DNA of 62,656 bases, the filler included, from Choristocarpus tenellus KU-1152 (Eukaryota; Protista; Phaeophyceae): NCBI GenBank assembly GCA_964200185.2. It is 10 parts of 10 records of this genome, joined end to end, with 100 filler letters (N's around TTAATTAATTAA, not from the genome) between each part and the next. Parts side by side here need not be neighbours in the genome. Positions count along the whole stretch, not along the records: positions 1 to 5,395 come from CAXNAD020010928.1; positions 5,496 to 9,400 come from CAXNAD020017222.1; positions 9,501 to 13,500 come from CAXNAD020016731.1; 7 more parts are not named here. One strand, given 5' to 3'. A program made the position numbers and the translations under genes. Positions 1 through 13,600 of the stretch are shown here, piece by piece; the first letter of the stretch is position 1; each line of letters starts with the position of its first letter. The notes below the pieces were generated by a model that had not been told where the DNA came from, did no database searches, and saw only the letters and a program-made list of their open reading frames with translations.

Positions 1-222
1 TGGGTCAAAATACAATGTTGTGATTTTGATGAAATTTTGGCTATCATGTTTGTTAGGAAGTGTCAATATCTACGTTTTGGACACACGTTTCATAACGTAT
101 ACATTTTACCTACTCCGAACAATTTTGGAGTCAGAAAATGTCATAAGAAAAACCCATGGGAAGCCGAGCACCACAAATGGACAAACAGGGAAAAATTCGT
201 ACCCTCTAAGATAGTTTCACTC
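1..222 (-). mobile_element. MITE family A, partial copy at the window edge
   Basis: Matches the ~255-bp family A consensus and ends in the TIR GTACCCTCTAAGATAGTTTCACTC. Confidence 0.9.
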
Positions 223-1554
223 TGGTGCCAGCAGCCTGAGGTCACACAAACAAATATGCATGTGTTATAAGAGGCCACTTGGCTCCTCAGTTGAATTTTT
301 TTCTTTTTACCATGACCTCTTTTTTTTTATTGCAGAGTCAGTCCCAATTTCTAAATTTCATGTGCTATTGTAAGCAGAAGGATATAGCCTGACATTTCCA
401 CTCTCTCTTGCACATTGCTGGTATATTTCATGAGTAGCATGGTTTGCACAAAGTATCTGGTTTCATGGCCTACAATGAGTCCTACAAGTGTCTCCCGTAG
501 TTGAAAGGATTGCCAGTCAACATAGTCTACAAGACTGTGAAACTTTGTTCGTCAAAGTTGAATGCAACCGTCCCTTTAACTGTTCTGACACAGATAATGG
601 CGGAAGCTTTTTCGCACATGATATCTGTGAAGCTTGCACCTAACGAAACTAGCAGGTTTCGCAAGGAGTGGATTTATGAGACAGTTTTTTGGGTTCATGA
701 TCAGGTGTGGTACATGATATCCGTCCTGACTACCTCCACCTGGAAATTGCAGATCAATGCTGTTTTCATATGCAATGCTATCACCACCAACTGTGTTAGA
801 GTCCCAGAACAGAAATCGACCTTTTGACTGAGACTATTTCTCAGGTGTGCAATCCATCACCACCCTGTTGTCTTATGTTTGGGTCGAAAGCCAGATTGGT
901 GTACCAGATCACTATTCCATTCTCTCCCAAATATTTTTCAGACGGAATGGTAGCTCCGACAACACATTCCTACACATTGATAATAACAGTCGAAACAGGT
1001 ACTGACACAAGAACACAGTTAGTAGGCAATTCCAGTATACTACTTAACCAACCCTTGTCCTCTTGGTGTACAAAAGTTAGATCGTCCGAAGCAACGACTA
1101 CTCCAAACTCCAAGTGCTGAGCTAGTCAACTATGTCATAGGAAGGTTTGACCCCGACCCAGATGCAGGTGAGCCAACAATAATGTAACACCCCTCATCCT
1201 TACTTCAATTTTGATTTGTATTGGTGTCTGTTGTCACTCCTTAGAGAAAGAGTACCCAATTCTACACGGGCTAAATACCTCTAGCTTCTTTTTCCATTTA
1301 ATAATGATGACATCAACTTGTGTACTCCAGAGCGCTTGTACTTATGACATGGGAGACCCAAATCACATGCTTTGCATGGAATCACTGAAAAACTGGGCTA
1401 ATACTTCCAGGCCCCTTGTGTGGGTGACACAACAGGCTTTTGGAAAAATCAATGGGCGAACCATCCAGTGTTTGTGCCTTCAGTTGAAAATCCAGAACAC
1501 CTTTCGGAGATACTGCGGAACATATTTCGACTTGCCATCTGTGACTCGAGGGAT

Positions 1555-1812
1555 GACAGGTATAGTTTAAGAGAGGAGGAGTTTTTCCCTGTTTGTCCTT
1601 TTAGGGCTTGGCCTTCCACGGGTTTTTCATGCCCTTTTTCGGTTTCTGTGTGAACACAATTACCTAAAATGTATACAGCTCTGAAAGGTGTGTACGGACC
1701 AAGGATATTGACACTTGCTTGACAAACACGATAGCCAAAATTAATCAAAATCACAACATTGTATTTATGATCCCAAACGGACACAGCCCTACCCTTTTCA
1801 ATGCTTTGGGTC
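1555..1812 (+). mobile_element. MITE family A, diverged copy
   Basis: Colinear with family A (CCCTGTTTGTCC, GGATATTGACAC, GATAGCCAAAATT, TACCCT) but with decayed TIRs. Confidence 0.75.
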
Positions 1813-2199
1813 GTTTGCTCTGTGCTAATATGTATAGAATCCACTATCTTACTTATTTCAACAGGGGATGGACAGCCTTGCATCAAGCCTGCTTTGAGAA
1901 TCATGTTGACTCACACGAGGAAACTATTAGGATCCTGGGTGTGTTACACCACCTGAATCTCTACCAGGTATTGGCGGAATGGACGGCACAATAAAAACAT
2001 TCTTATCAATCATCAAAGCTTAAGGAGTCATCAAATATTATCTACTCCAAAGAAATAGATTAGGATCCAACTTTAAACTTTGTAGGCAATAATCAGACAT
2101 TGTTCATAGATCCCATAGATCTGTGGTCAGATGGCTCTCCTGGTATGGGTCAGTAACTGCCAGGGGTCTGAAAGAATGCTGCTATCATGCCTAACTACT

Positions 2200-2454
2200 G
2201 AGCCAAAGTATCTTAGAAGGTAGAGTTGCGTCCATTTGGGGATCAAAATCCAATGTTGCGATTTTGTAATTTTGGCCATCGTGTTTGTTAGAAAGTGTCA
2301 ATATACATATTCTGGACACACCTTTTCATAACATATATATATTACCTACTCCTAAACATTTTGGAGTAGGAAAATGTCATAAAAAACCTCATGGGATCCA
2401 AGGCCCAAATGGATAAACAGGGAAACATTCGTACCCTCTAAGATACTTTCACTC
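2200..2454 (-). mobile_element. MITE family A, full length
   Basis: TIRs GAGCCAAAGTATCTTAGA...TCTAAGATACTTTCACTC; flanks TACT/AACT (3 of 4 match as a TSD). Confidence 0.93.
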
Positions 2455-4948
2455 AACTCTGATGGCAGATGTCTCTCAGCATATTGAAGCTATAAATACG
2501 TCTATCCCTGTTGTGTTTCCTCAGTGATGTAGAAATACGGGTAGCAGGACTTATCTATAATTCCAAGAAAAAGGTTAGAGTTAGAGTATCACACTTTCTA
2601 GTCCACACTTACAACAACCAAAAACGTCAGTTTGCTGCCTCTAGATTGAGAGCAGTAGATAGCTTCAAAGTTAAGGTCCCATGCGCTCAATTTTTTGTGC
2701 CTTCCATGTACTATGCAGGTGGACAGGAATGGAAAATTGGCCGTTGAGCTTCTCATTGAGAATCGTGCTCGACCCCACACCCCGTCAGGTTCTAACAAGC
2801 GGGAAACTATGTTAATAGAGCAGAGGAGAGATAATTTCAACGAGGTACGTGAACTGGACTGATCAGGACATAACCATAAATGAGCGCACAATATACAGCT
2901 TGCTGCTGGTAAAGTTATCCTCAACCTGGCCCTCATATGTACAGATACGTTCATTTAGCTCTCTGTGACCCGATTTTTCCCATTTCTCAAATTAAGATCA
3001 GCTCTGTCTTTTTGTTTCATGGTCAAGGTTTTGGTGATAAATACCTAGTAGTTTTAATACATAGGCATACAAGTATGAACCAAAAAGGGATGACAAATCA
3101 TCCCTTGGTAGGTAGTTATTGGTAACTTTTGATGTAACCACAACTCAACAGTTGGACACAATACAATACCTGGACAGGCTCGTAAAGTCCAAGATAATAA
3201 AGATGGCGAGGAAATAGTGTCTGAGAGGGAACGGTTACTGCAACATGCAAGTCAAAAGGCTATACATATGAGGCTGGAACAGTGGAAGGTCACAAGAGAG
3301 GCCAGGTGACAGATAACTTGCTCTCATGAAATAGGGCACTAATATGAGTATTTCAGAAGTGATCTCCAGGATTCTACTTTGAGAGTGCTTTTCTTTTACC
3401 CAGATCTAGAGCAGATGTAAGGGAAGCTGTGAGCAAGCTATTTCTTGTTGGTGATTAGAGACAGATGCTTTGTCGCGGTCTGCAGTTGTTTTTTGATTGG
3501 AGTTTTTCTGCGAAGTTCCTGTTGAGTAGCAGCATTGAAGAGAAAAAAAATGTGTTCGTTACGTCAAACCTTCAGCAACATATTCGCCACCATGACTTGT
3601 GAACTACATCATGAGGGATACAATATTGCCATTGAATTGCTTGCCCAATCTGCCTATCAACCTAATCCTTGGGACTGATGCAAATGTGGTGGCACATTAT
3701 CCTGTGGTTAGGTATTCACACTCAATGAGTGGGTCGTAAACAAAAAGAGAGGTAGCAAGGCAGCTCCAGGACCTCCTACAAGGTCTTACACCGTATCACT
3801 AGCCCAGCCCTCTGCAGCTACACTTTACAGAGCAAACAGGACATGGTGTACAATGGATGCAGTTGCTTGTGATTCATGCCCTGTAAACACCACATAGCCT
3901 TCACCAGTTTGCACTGCTTGCTATGGGCAACCCATGTCTCTCTCCTCTCTACCTCCACAATACGTAGTGCACTTTGCTTGGCACCAGCCTACCAGAAGTA
4001 ATACAAACTCATGATAGGCACTAAATGGAATTATACGATTGGGCCGAATTTTCCGCACATGTTCCCGATAGCATACATCTACGCACCCTTGGAGGGTGGA
4101 TGGAGTATGTGGATCCAGACACACTTAACAGGTTCTTCTACCAAAACGAGCTCGTCATAAAGGCGGTCCCCAAAGAAAAAGGACTGGCAGACGCACCAAA
4201 GGTGTGAATGACGATTCAAACAAAATGTACAGGAAAGTCCCCTTCCCAGTCCCTGTCTTGCATGAGTTTCTTGCTTTGAGTGTCATGAGCAAGTGGTCAC
4301 AATGCGTCCTGTGCAGGACTCTGTTGGGAATTATATCTAGGAACTATTTGGATAATGGCGATTGTTCCACTCATACTACCAAATGTATCGGACAAAAGTG
4401 AGCGCTTCATAATGACTTGTTTTAATTTGTTTGCTGCAATTTGGTTGGACGTAACTATCTCTGGGTGCAACAAATAATGGGTGCATTTCTAGTACCTACA
4501 TCGGACTGCAGGGAGGAACATCCCCAGGTTTCTGATAGAGAGAGGATCCAATGTTCCTTCTCTACCTCCGCTTCAGGTTCTTAGCTATGTATACAGAAGT
4601 ACACATAGCTCCTGTGCCAGGATAGATTGCCGAGTTTTAAGTTAGATGGTAAGCAAAACTGTATTTGTGAGGTCCATAAATCCATGTAAACCTTTATCTC
4701 CAAGTTGTCAATTTCTGCTTCCTCCAAACCAACAATTCGGCGTTGTACACAGCTGACAGACTTACTCTTCTTTCACCTACACTAGATGTTGAATTTCCCC
4801 TGGATCCTGCAATTCATACATAGGTCTGTAAACAATATGAGCAAGATATCCATAGCCTTCATACACTGTCATTGCCTTGTCCGTCTGATCACGTGATCTC
4901 TCATCCTTAGTGTTGAATATATCCCCTAGTATGTTTTCTATCATGATT

Positions 4949-5208
4949 AAGTTAAAGTATCTTAGTGGGTACGCGTTTTGCCCTATTTGTCCGTTTGGGG
5001 CTTGGCTTCCCACGGGTTTTTAAATGACATTTTCCTACTCCAAAATGTTTTGGAGTGGGTAAGATGTTTACGTTATGAAAAGGTGTGTCCGGAACAAAGG
5101 ATATTGACATCTCCCAAAAAAGGTGACAGCCAAAATTACGTCAAAATCGCAATATTGGATTTTGATCCCCAAATGGACACGACCCAACCTCTAAGGCACT
5201 TTCAAGCT
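4949..5208 (+). mobile_element. MITE family A, full length, diverged ends
   Basis: Starts AAGTTAAAGTATCTTAGTGGGTAC; colinear internal sequence; ends CAAATGGACAC...CTCTAAGGCACTTT. Confidence 0.88.
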
Positions 5209-5283
5209 TAGCCCAATTCTACCCTAAAGATGCTTATCAACTGTTAGGGGCTATGGAGGAATGCATTCCTTGTATGGGCTCCT

Positions 5284-5395
5284 GAGTGAAAGTATCTTAG
5301 AGGGTACGAGTATTGCCCTGTTTATCCATTTGGGGCTTGGCTTCCCATGGGGTTTTTGTGATATTTTTCCTACTCCGAAATGTTTCGGAGTAGGT
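5284..5395 (+). mobile_element. MITE family A, truncated by contig end
   Basis: Starts GAGTGAAAGTATCTTAGAGGGTACGAG and runs into the N spacer. Confidence 0.9.
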
Positions 5396-5495
5396 NNNNN
5401 NNNNNNNNNNNNNNNNNNNNNNNNNNNNNNNNNNNNNNNTTAATTAATTAANNNNNNNNNNNNNNNNNNNNNNNNNNNNNNNNNNNNNNNNNNNN
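5396..5495. other. Artificial contig spacer, first of nine (others at 9401-9500, 13501-13600, 18628-18727, 27708-27807, 37739-37838, 42801-42900, 48835-48934, 53205-53304)
   Basis: Identical 100-bp N44-TTAATTAATTAA-N44 blocks; the core places stop codons in all six frames. Confidence 0.97.
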
Positions 5496-8400
5496 CTCCA
5501 AGTTCAGATTGGACAAGGTAGGAGGGGGCTCACCGCCATCAGGCACCCCGTCACCACCCCCAGCTTCAGCCTGTGCCTCCTCACCGTCATTGATTGTACC
5601 ATTAGAAGGGCTTGGGTGTGGGTTGACAGCATGATCTTTTTGTGCCTCTTCCTCCTTATTCTCTTCTGACGGGTCCTGCGATGGACGGAAAGGCCGCCCC
5701 TGTGTCAATTTTACGCCAGTCTTACAGCACAGTAGTGCTGTATCGAGTGCACAAATTATTCACATCTTTCATGGTGATCAGTTTCATTGGGTAATTGTCT
5801 TTCAAGATGATCTACAAAAAAATATATTCTTGAGATTTGAGACCTCCGAATCTGTAACACACAACAATAGCTAGATCAGGACAGGCAATTGCTACTCATA
5901 CACATTCAAGCACAGCACACTAACACACACAAAAATACTTCCATTCAAAGCGACAACTTTCTGCTGTATGCAGTTGAACTGTGCCCAATCAAAACGATTG
6001 CATGGGGAGCACATAACATAAGCACATCCGACCTTGCCTCCATAGTTGTTACGATATAGATTCCAAACTACGGAAAATCGTATTCACTTCCAACTCTACT
6101 ACAGAGACACTGCTACTTACTGTTAAGCAAGAACTTGTAACCTGCCAATCACACAAACATGATAAAACACCTAAACTTTCACACACCGCATCTTCTTGTC
6201 CCCTTGTTGCACAAACAATATATACTTCACTAACCCGGCACAGGTAATCAGACACAACCTGTAGCTGGCCTCTTCATTCAACCATATCATGCACACCCTC
6301 TACAGTAACACACTTAGTAGAGAGCAGCCTCCATAGAAGCATACGCCCTTGCCCTCAACACAAAAATGCAGTTGTACCAGCACGGTCACTATCACACACC
6401 CACCTCATCTCCTTCATCCTTGGATGCACCAGCTGCAGCAGGCCAAGAAAAGGTGCCATCTGATACTTGCACACTCCCGTTGCCTACTCCAATGACATTC
6501 TCACTGCCAGAATCACCCCCAGCTTCCGTGTCAAAGCTGCCTACTGCAGTATGTCCCTCAAGGTCATCACGATCCAGGAAGGCTTCAACACGGTTCAAAG
6601 AAACCAGCGCCTGGCAAGAGTTTCACACATTAAGAGTACCACAGCACCAGAAAGTAAACAGAAAGAAACAGGGTTGCATGTGTACTTGGATGGAGTGTGT
6701 GTGTGCAAAGAGAGCATTCACATCTCAGTAAAAGGAAAATGGCAACATCAAATAAATACTAAGTACTTTCAAGCACAACAATGTGCTACCATTGGGGAAG
6801 TATGTTCTCACACCAACATCAAGTACTCCAGGAGTAGTAGACAATGCAGTATCACTCTCCTCAGGCATTGCTATTATGTAAAGTGTAACCAACCCAGCTC
6901 ATCCAGGGTTGCTAAGTACACCAGAGTAGTATAATATATCAGTCACACGTTATCACAGTACTCCCTTAAATTCTAAGTTGAAAAACCATGGAGTTCACAG
7001 TATCAAAACTCCAACCTTTGTACCACCACCAAATCTCATGTTTAAACCCATCTGAAGGTATACCCCATCATTTCAACAACTGTATTATGCAAAGGTTAGG
7101 GTTTGCATACCTGTATGAAGAGGTAAACTACATAAGAAACTGTGTATGGTGTAAATGTAAGATCGTCTTCTTCACTGTATGTACAATCAATATACCTGCA
7201 GGAAAAAGTTGATCACTTCAGGAAGAACCAACAGCGGAAACCTAAGAATGCTGAAGAGGCTGAGGGATGTGAAGCCCTGGGAGGCGGTGAGAGTCTTCCC
7301 CAGCAAACGCGTGTGCACAATAAAGGTGCACAATCCCACCAGAGTTGTCGCAGTGTTTCATTGCACAGAAACACCTGCAAACATCAACTGAAGGGGGGAA
7401 GGGATAGGAAGGGCAAGGGCAGTGAGTAACAGAGGGAGTAGGAAGGTTGGGAACTGAAGAGGGCAACAAGGTATCCATTTACTCTGAAAGATAGAGAGAC
7501 TAGCAATTCACTTCTGATATTCATCAAAGTCAAAGGACAAGATCAAAGGTTGCATTGCACACTTTAGCCACTACTTCTTGGGAAGCAGCTACAGTAGCTA
7601 CACCTTAGGGAAGTCAGCAGTAACTACTGCCGAGGCAGAGGCCTGATGCTTAGAGTCTCGGATACCATTTCTTGTGTTTAGTTTGTGTGCACTCAAGTTC
7701 TTTAGTGGCGGGATGCCTTTGACTCACCATGTAGCTCCGCAGGGATCGAACCTCTGACTTGCGAGCCTCCCTGACCTTCCTCTTGAAGTCCTTCTCCCAT
7801 GCAAAGAGCTTGATGATGCGGATTCCCTGTATCAGAACAAAGAACAGGATAAGGCAAAGGGAAGGGGGGGAACAACCAACAGATTTACCTTGTCAAAAAG
7901 AAAAAAAAAAATTACTGAGATTATACCAAGGCAGCATGATATGTAGCAATTGAAGGGCAGCATCCCCTCAGCAATCTGTTGTAAAATGCAGGAGGTTGAA
8001 AAATCTAAAAAAAATTAGATTCCATTGCAACACAAAACAAGATCCAGAGACAACACAATGTGGCCTTTGTAAAACCCGACTCCCTCAAACAACACATCCC
8101 TATCACAACGCCTGTTGGCAATACAAGACCCAATAATAAGCTCACTCACAACAGAGCACATCGCCATGCACCACATCAACCACTTGCACTGCACTCCTGT
8201 TGAAAGATTGTACCTCCTAATCTTAAAATATCATGTCAAAGAAAGGTACACACCAAACTCTTGCTACAATCCCAAAAATAGCATATTCCCGCCACTCTTG
8301 TAACACAATTACCAAAACCCATCTCTTCTTTCATCCTCCATACCTGCATAATTTCCCCCACAACAGACATTCGCTCGTCTTTCCTCTTCATTAAGGTCTC

Positions 8401-8523
8401 CTGAAATTTTTGTGTTTTACCAGTGGACCACTTCCCCAATGGAATGGTAGCAACCATGAAGGCCACACCCCCCAGTGCTGAGGGACCCAGAATGTAGAAC
8501 AGGAGACCCACAGATATGATAAC
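5496..8523 (-). pseudogene. ABCC/MRP-type ABC transporter, internal 5-exon fragment (TMD1 to start of NBD1) with one in-frame TGA
   Basis: Phase-0 exons 8523-8344 (VIISVGLLFYILGPSALGG...KDERMSVVGEIMQ), 7826-7728 (GIRIIKLFAWE), 7387-7196 (VQ*NTATTLV...FTSLSLFSILRFPL), 6610-6404 (ALVSLNRVEAFL...GTFSW) and ~5720-5496 (PTLSNLNLE). Canonical splice sites. The family call is secure; pseudogene status rests on one base. Confidence 0.85.
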
Positions 8524-9500
8524 CTTGAAGACACCCCAACAAAGGGGATTTGAATGCCACAACAGCGAGAAGGGGTAAGTAGATTGGCTGGGATTGGTCA
8601 CTACCAAATGTGGCATCAATACAATATGATTGGAGGATGAAAGGGAAAAGCTTTACCAGTGTTTTTGGTTGTGATGATGAGAGAGGATGCACACTCTCTT
8701 GACTTGATAAACAAAACCACTACCCTTTGTGTATCCTGACCATTACTCCCTTTCACCTTGAATGCAAACGTCATGGGGGAGGGACAAAGCTGTATCCTGC
8801 AGTCTGCCACTCAAGGCACTCTCAGAACAGGTAAATACCAAGCTAACCAACGCACCTCCAACATGCTTGGGGAAAAAACATCTCGCAGGCCGTGCCTTCA
8901 GCTCAAGAATTTGGTGTTCTCATGGCAAGGTTTGAATAATCAGTTGATTTTTGCCACTTTGTTGCACATGTACTGATGAGATTAGTGTGCCAAAAGATTA
9001 ACATTGCAAGTGGTGCATGTTGTTTGACTCCACAACAGAGTTAGGTGTAACTAGAAATACTAATATATCAGACGCTCGACCTAGAGAAGCTGACCTTGGA
9101 ATGTCTACACTGCATCATAATTGCACCTTGAAAGCCTCCATATCCATACAAGCACCAACCATTATTAATTGTGGGAGTACACTGTCCATCATTTATATAC
9201 TATCCGAAAAAGACTGATTGAACCTCTGACAAAAGTGCTTTTGAATTGACATGGAGGACAAAAAAAGCAACACAATGCTTCTTTTATTGTAGGGGTCAGG
9301 ACAACCTAAACTCAGTGTTTGGGTGTTAAGTCTTTTACCCGATAACCTGCGAGTACCCCCCCCCCCCCCCCCCCCCCACCCCACCCCCCCCCCAAACCAC
9401 NNNNNNNNNNNNNNNNNNNNNNNNNNNNNNNNNNNNNNNNNNNNTTAATTAATTAANNNNNNNNNNNNNNNNNNNNNNNNNNNNNNNNNNNNNNNNNNNN

Positions 9501-11910
9501 CCCAGAAACTTTGGGTCCACTCCTGTTGCTGCAACATCCTCCTCTGACATTGCAGTCTCCTCAGATTTTCAGTATCTCCTCCAGCCCTTGTCAGGGCGAG
9601 TGCGCCAGTTCCCGCCTCCCCCTCGGCTAGGACTAGTCCTGACACAATCCTCTCTGTCATGCCAGGTATTTCAGGTAGTTGTCTTGATGGCAGGTCAGGA
9701 ATTGTCAAGAAGCTTCTTCGATTAGCTTTCAATGTAAACAATCCATAATTCTTCCCACTTATCTTCACAAATTCCAATCCAGGTCCTTTAGAAGAAGGGG
9801 TTAATCGCGGAGAATTTATACTAAGTATCCCAAGTGGCAGAACAAATAATGAGATCATCCATGTAACAAACAGACCTGACCCCGTGCTAAAATCAGATAA
9901 AGCTCGAGCTATCATGCGTTGAAAAATAAAGGGGGCATTGCTCAGATCAAAAGGAAGCCGTTTCCATACAAACTTGCTTTTATGGGTGACAAAAGCAGCT
10001 TGTCAGTATCTGCCTCCGCCACGGGAAATTAATGGTACGGTGATTGAACATCTGCAACAGAAAGAAACTTTGTTGCACCAATGAATCAAGATATTTTGCA
10101 GCCAAGGGCATGGGCCAATAATTTTTTATGAGGTATTTATTTATAGTCCATTAACAACCAATGCAGAATCTTTGGGTCCCGTCTGCTTTAGCTACAACAG
10201 TAACAGGGGGTCCTCATATGTTAGAACGAGCTTCAATTATTCCTTGATTTCATAAATCTTCAACACATTTATCAATAATACCTCCAACATAAAGATTGGT
10301 TCGATATGGTGCCCCCGACTAATAGATCTGGTACCTGGTTCGAGAGGAAAGTTGGCTTCAGCATCAGCAATTGTGTAAGTTCCTAACAATTCAGAGGTGT
10401 CGAGGGAAAATACTGAACGGAATTTGGAACAAAGATTCAGTGTTTTGTCTAATTCAAGGTGAAGAGAAAGTTGTGTTGACGTAAGCAGTTTTCAACACAT
10501 TATCAAGACGCGTTCATTCAGACCCAGGTAGATATGTTGAAGATACAGTACTAATATCAGTGTGTCTGATGTTGGCTCTATCTGCTGGGTAGATGTGACC
10601 AAGTAGAGTATTATTTGATAAATGAACTGTTTGTGCAGACATATTAGCAATTTGTACTACCCCTGAACCATCATCAGCATCCCACTTTGTACCTGTTTGA
10701 ACAGCAGCAATAAATTGCCAAGGAACATTGGCATTTAGTGAATCAATATAATGAAGTGAACAGATACATGGTTCTAAAACAGCATCACAAGTATCAAATG
10801 GGGCTTCATCACTTACAGCAGGTACAAGCATTTCTGATTCTGGGGGGGAATTGAATTTGTTTCCCTCAGGAGAAATGGGACAGATGGAACTTCCGCTTGT
10901 ATAGCTGCTATTTAAACAGGAGGTGAACTATCAGAAGAGAGGGTAGAGCGATATATGGAATGTATAACAGCGGCACTTTTTTGGAATGATAATATCTGAG
11001 TCTTGCCAGACATCATATGTCGCTCCAAAAAGCATCAAGAACATTGTTATCAAGAACATCATCAGGTCCTTCAACTGGGATAGTGATACCACCTTATTGG
11101 AGAGGAAGCCTGATAAACCCCTTGGTGGTCAGAGCACTGGCATCTATCTGCAGAACATTGCACCTGGTGGAATCGGATTCAATTTGGGAATTCTGGAGCG
11201 TAGAGTGGGTATGTTGAAATTTGTGAGAAATACTTAGTATATCACTTGCAATGTCCAAAGTTCGTGTATTTGGCGCAGGAATAATTTTTCCTTCAACTCG
11301 AATATTTGTAGCTTGAAGAGCAGCAGTCTTTGCCGAAAGAAACGCAGGCTGTGCAGAGTGATCAGCGGAAATAACATATACAGCAGTCAGATCAGTCGGC
11401 GGAATCGAAGGGATAGGGGCAAGTGCGTGGGCATGTCGTTTTCCCGTTAGATTGTTGGCTTCATGACGTTTTCGTACGATTGATAAATTCAGAAAATGTA
11501 GAAGTAGAATCTTCACTGAACGGTTTTAGTGAAAGATGGGGTTGTAGTCCACCTTCGAAGAGGGCCATAGCAATTTGGTTGATATATTTACAGTTGTTAG
11601 AATCTGTAGATGAACGGTCAACACCTGTAGTAAATCTCCCAAGAAGGTGTCGAAAATGTAGGACATGTACTTCAAGGGTTTCATCGGATTTTTTAGGCAG
11701 TATTAGTGCACTGTCTGCCCCAGTCTCCCATCGCGTTTGCGTAACTAAATGTGTTGATAAATACCGTATATAATTGATCCCATGTTTTAGGATCAACAAT
11801 GGGAATAAGATCGAGGAATTATTCTGCATTTGAATAGCATGCATTTGAATAGCATGCAATTGAGCAGGGAAACGCCATTCAACTTTGCCTTTCATACTCT
11901 GAAAAAATAG
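9501..11910 (-). mobile_element. Degenerate Ty3/Gypsy pol fragment (protease region and reverse transcriptase)
   Basis: Minus-strand motifs AFVTHKSKFVWKRLPFDLSNAPFIFQR (~9915-9995), CYMDDLII (~9845-9870), VTVVAKADG (~10180-10205) and protease-like LDIASDILSIS; many stops and frameshifts. Confidence 0.85.
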
Positions 11911-11914
11911 AATA

Positions 11915-13440
11915 CAGTCCATTTACCTATATAAGAGAGGTCGATATTAGAGAAAACGGGAAATAAAAGAGAGGGTAAATTGCCTTGTCACGACTTCTTA
12001 GCCTGTAAGAGAGGTTTCGGCGTTTTCCTCGCAATTCTCTCTAATATCGGACAAACTTGCATTTTTTTTCGCTAATTAAAACGCCATGTCTGAAGTTAAG
12101 CAAAATATAACAAAGGCACAAACCTACTCGACACCAGCAGTACACAACATAGCATTCTTTTGTCTCTTAGTACTGCACAGTAGAGTACAAACATTATATC
12201 AGATTAAGGGTTAGACGACTGCATTGTACAGATACAACCATGCCCTGCGCAGCGGGATCCAGCACAACATGAGGGGTAATACTCCTGGTCCACCACACTA
12301 TACATGCCATAAGTGCCACATTGTAGCGGCAATCTTCATGGTATTTGCGGCGTCGCGGATCCTTTTTGGTGCCAGCGAAATGAAACGCGCGTACAAATTG
12401 TGCGTGAGCCCCACCAAGTGCAAGGCTTCAAGTCCTCCAGGCAGTGACAACACGGCGTCAAAGCACCATGATAGCAAGAACAAGGGCAAGGGGAAGGTAC
12501 TGCCAAATATATCTAAGCCTTGTGGTGCCGACAATTGTAAACACTTGAGCTTTGCAGAGAAGGTGGAACCATTGAAACTCCTGAAGATCATGACGGGGAC
12601 TGCGGTTGTTCAAAAGTTTGGAATCGATCACAGCACCCTCTACAGATTGAAGAAGGAGGCAAGAACCATCATGGAGAAAGCACAAACGCTTAAGCACGAC
12701 GCCAAGTCTAAGAGGAGCGCCAAACATTCCAAGGTGCGTCAGCATGTGGATTGAAATTCTGAAAGTAGGTTGATTGTGATCGTGATTTGAATTGTCTTTT
12801 TGCACTGTCTGCCGATGAGGATCATGATTGAATTTTTTGAAATTTTGCGCTCGTTTCTGTCATACTTCAATGTCTGTACTGTGTATTGTAGTATCAGAGG
12901 TGGCCATTTTTTTTCGTAGAGGCAATGTCCCACACAAGGTGTCCCTATATATTAATGAGGATCTCTCTAATGCTCTTGACGCTCTGCACATCAAATCCGG
13001 CGGAAAGCCGTCTCAGGCTTCCATCAACACAGCAAGAGCGTGGATTGGTGTGAAAGACAACGATGAAGTGGTCAATGCGACTCTAGAGGACATGAAAGAC
13101 CAGCTGCTCGAGAAATTCTTGTACCAGTCAGACAATGAAAGCTGGGGTGAGGAGGATGACAACGGGTTTATGGGAGGGGGCAGTGCATTGGGGGTCGTGA
13201 GGAAAGGAGCAGCCTCTTTGGTGTTCTCGATTCCTCAATCGTCATACCCTCAAGTAGCTGACAAGTTTGCAAGCTTAGAAACAACCATTGAAGAGTCCAG
13301 CATGAAGGATGTTTCGTATCATCTCCGGAAAGCAAGCCAGCTTGGCTCAGCGCAATCGGGGCAAGGGCAATCAAACAAGCAGACATTCGAGATTTTTTTG
13401 GCAGTCGCGATTTTTTTATCTGCGAATAAGTTGTTTTACT
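11915..13440 (+). mobile_element. pogo/Tigger-like element, internally deleted
   Basis: Terminus TA|CAGTCCATTTACCTATATAAGAGAGG. ORF 12224-12754 has a CENP-B/psq-type HTH (LSFAEKV...FGIDHSTLYRLKK). ORF 12828 onward has an acidic C-terminal tail. No DDE domain seen. Second copy at 18728-19726. Confidence 0.75.
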
Positions 13441-13456
13441 CAGTGCATGCTATGAA

Positions 13457-13500
13457 CAGTGGATTCGCAAAATTAAGGATGGAGCGGGACTATGAGGATG
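13457..13500 (+). repeat. Terminus of repeat family D at contig end
   Basis: CAGTGGATTCGCAAAATTAAGGATGGAGCGGGACTATGAGGATG is a near-identical reverse complement of 37890-37933. Confidence 0.7.
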
Positions 13501-13600
13501 NNNNNNNNNNNNNNNNNNNNNNNNNNNNNNNNNNNNNNNNNNNNTTAATTAATTAANNNNNNNNNNNNNNNNNNNNNNNNNNNNNNNNNNNNNNNNNNNN

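Larger units (their letters stand above)
1483..4201 (+). pseudogene. Spliced gene fragment with IQ-like, ankyrin-like and WW-like motifs, probably degenerate
   Basis: AG/GT-bounded exons: ~1483-1559 (LKIQNTFRRY, IQ-like); 1865-1967 (GWTALHQACFENH, ankyrin); 2719-2844 (VDRNGKLAVELL, in phase with the previous exon); 3178-3305; ~4018-4201 (GWMEYVDPDTLNRFFYQN, WW-like, preceded by an in-frame TAA). Confidence 0.45.

Noticed and set aside
20-270. Family of similar short ORFs (also 4978, 21585, 51129, 57364, 59693, 59726) as a peptide gene family
   Set aside because: They are chance translations of MITE A; frames and stops differ between copies.
480-1130. ORFs 501-827 and 824-1120 as genes
   Set aside because: No recognisable domain or convincing exon structure on either strand.
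5440-5451. Recurrent TTAATTAATTAA as a biological motif or TTAA target site
   Set aside because: It is always centred in N runs at fixed spacing, so it is an assembly linker.
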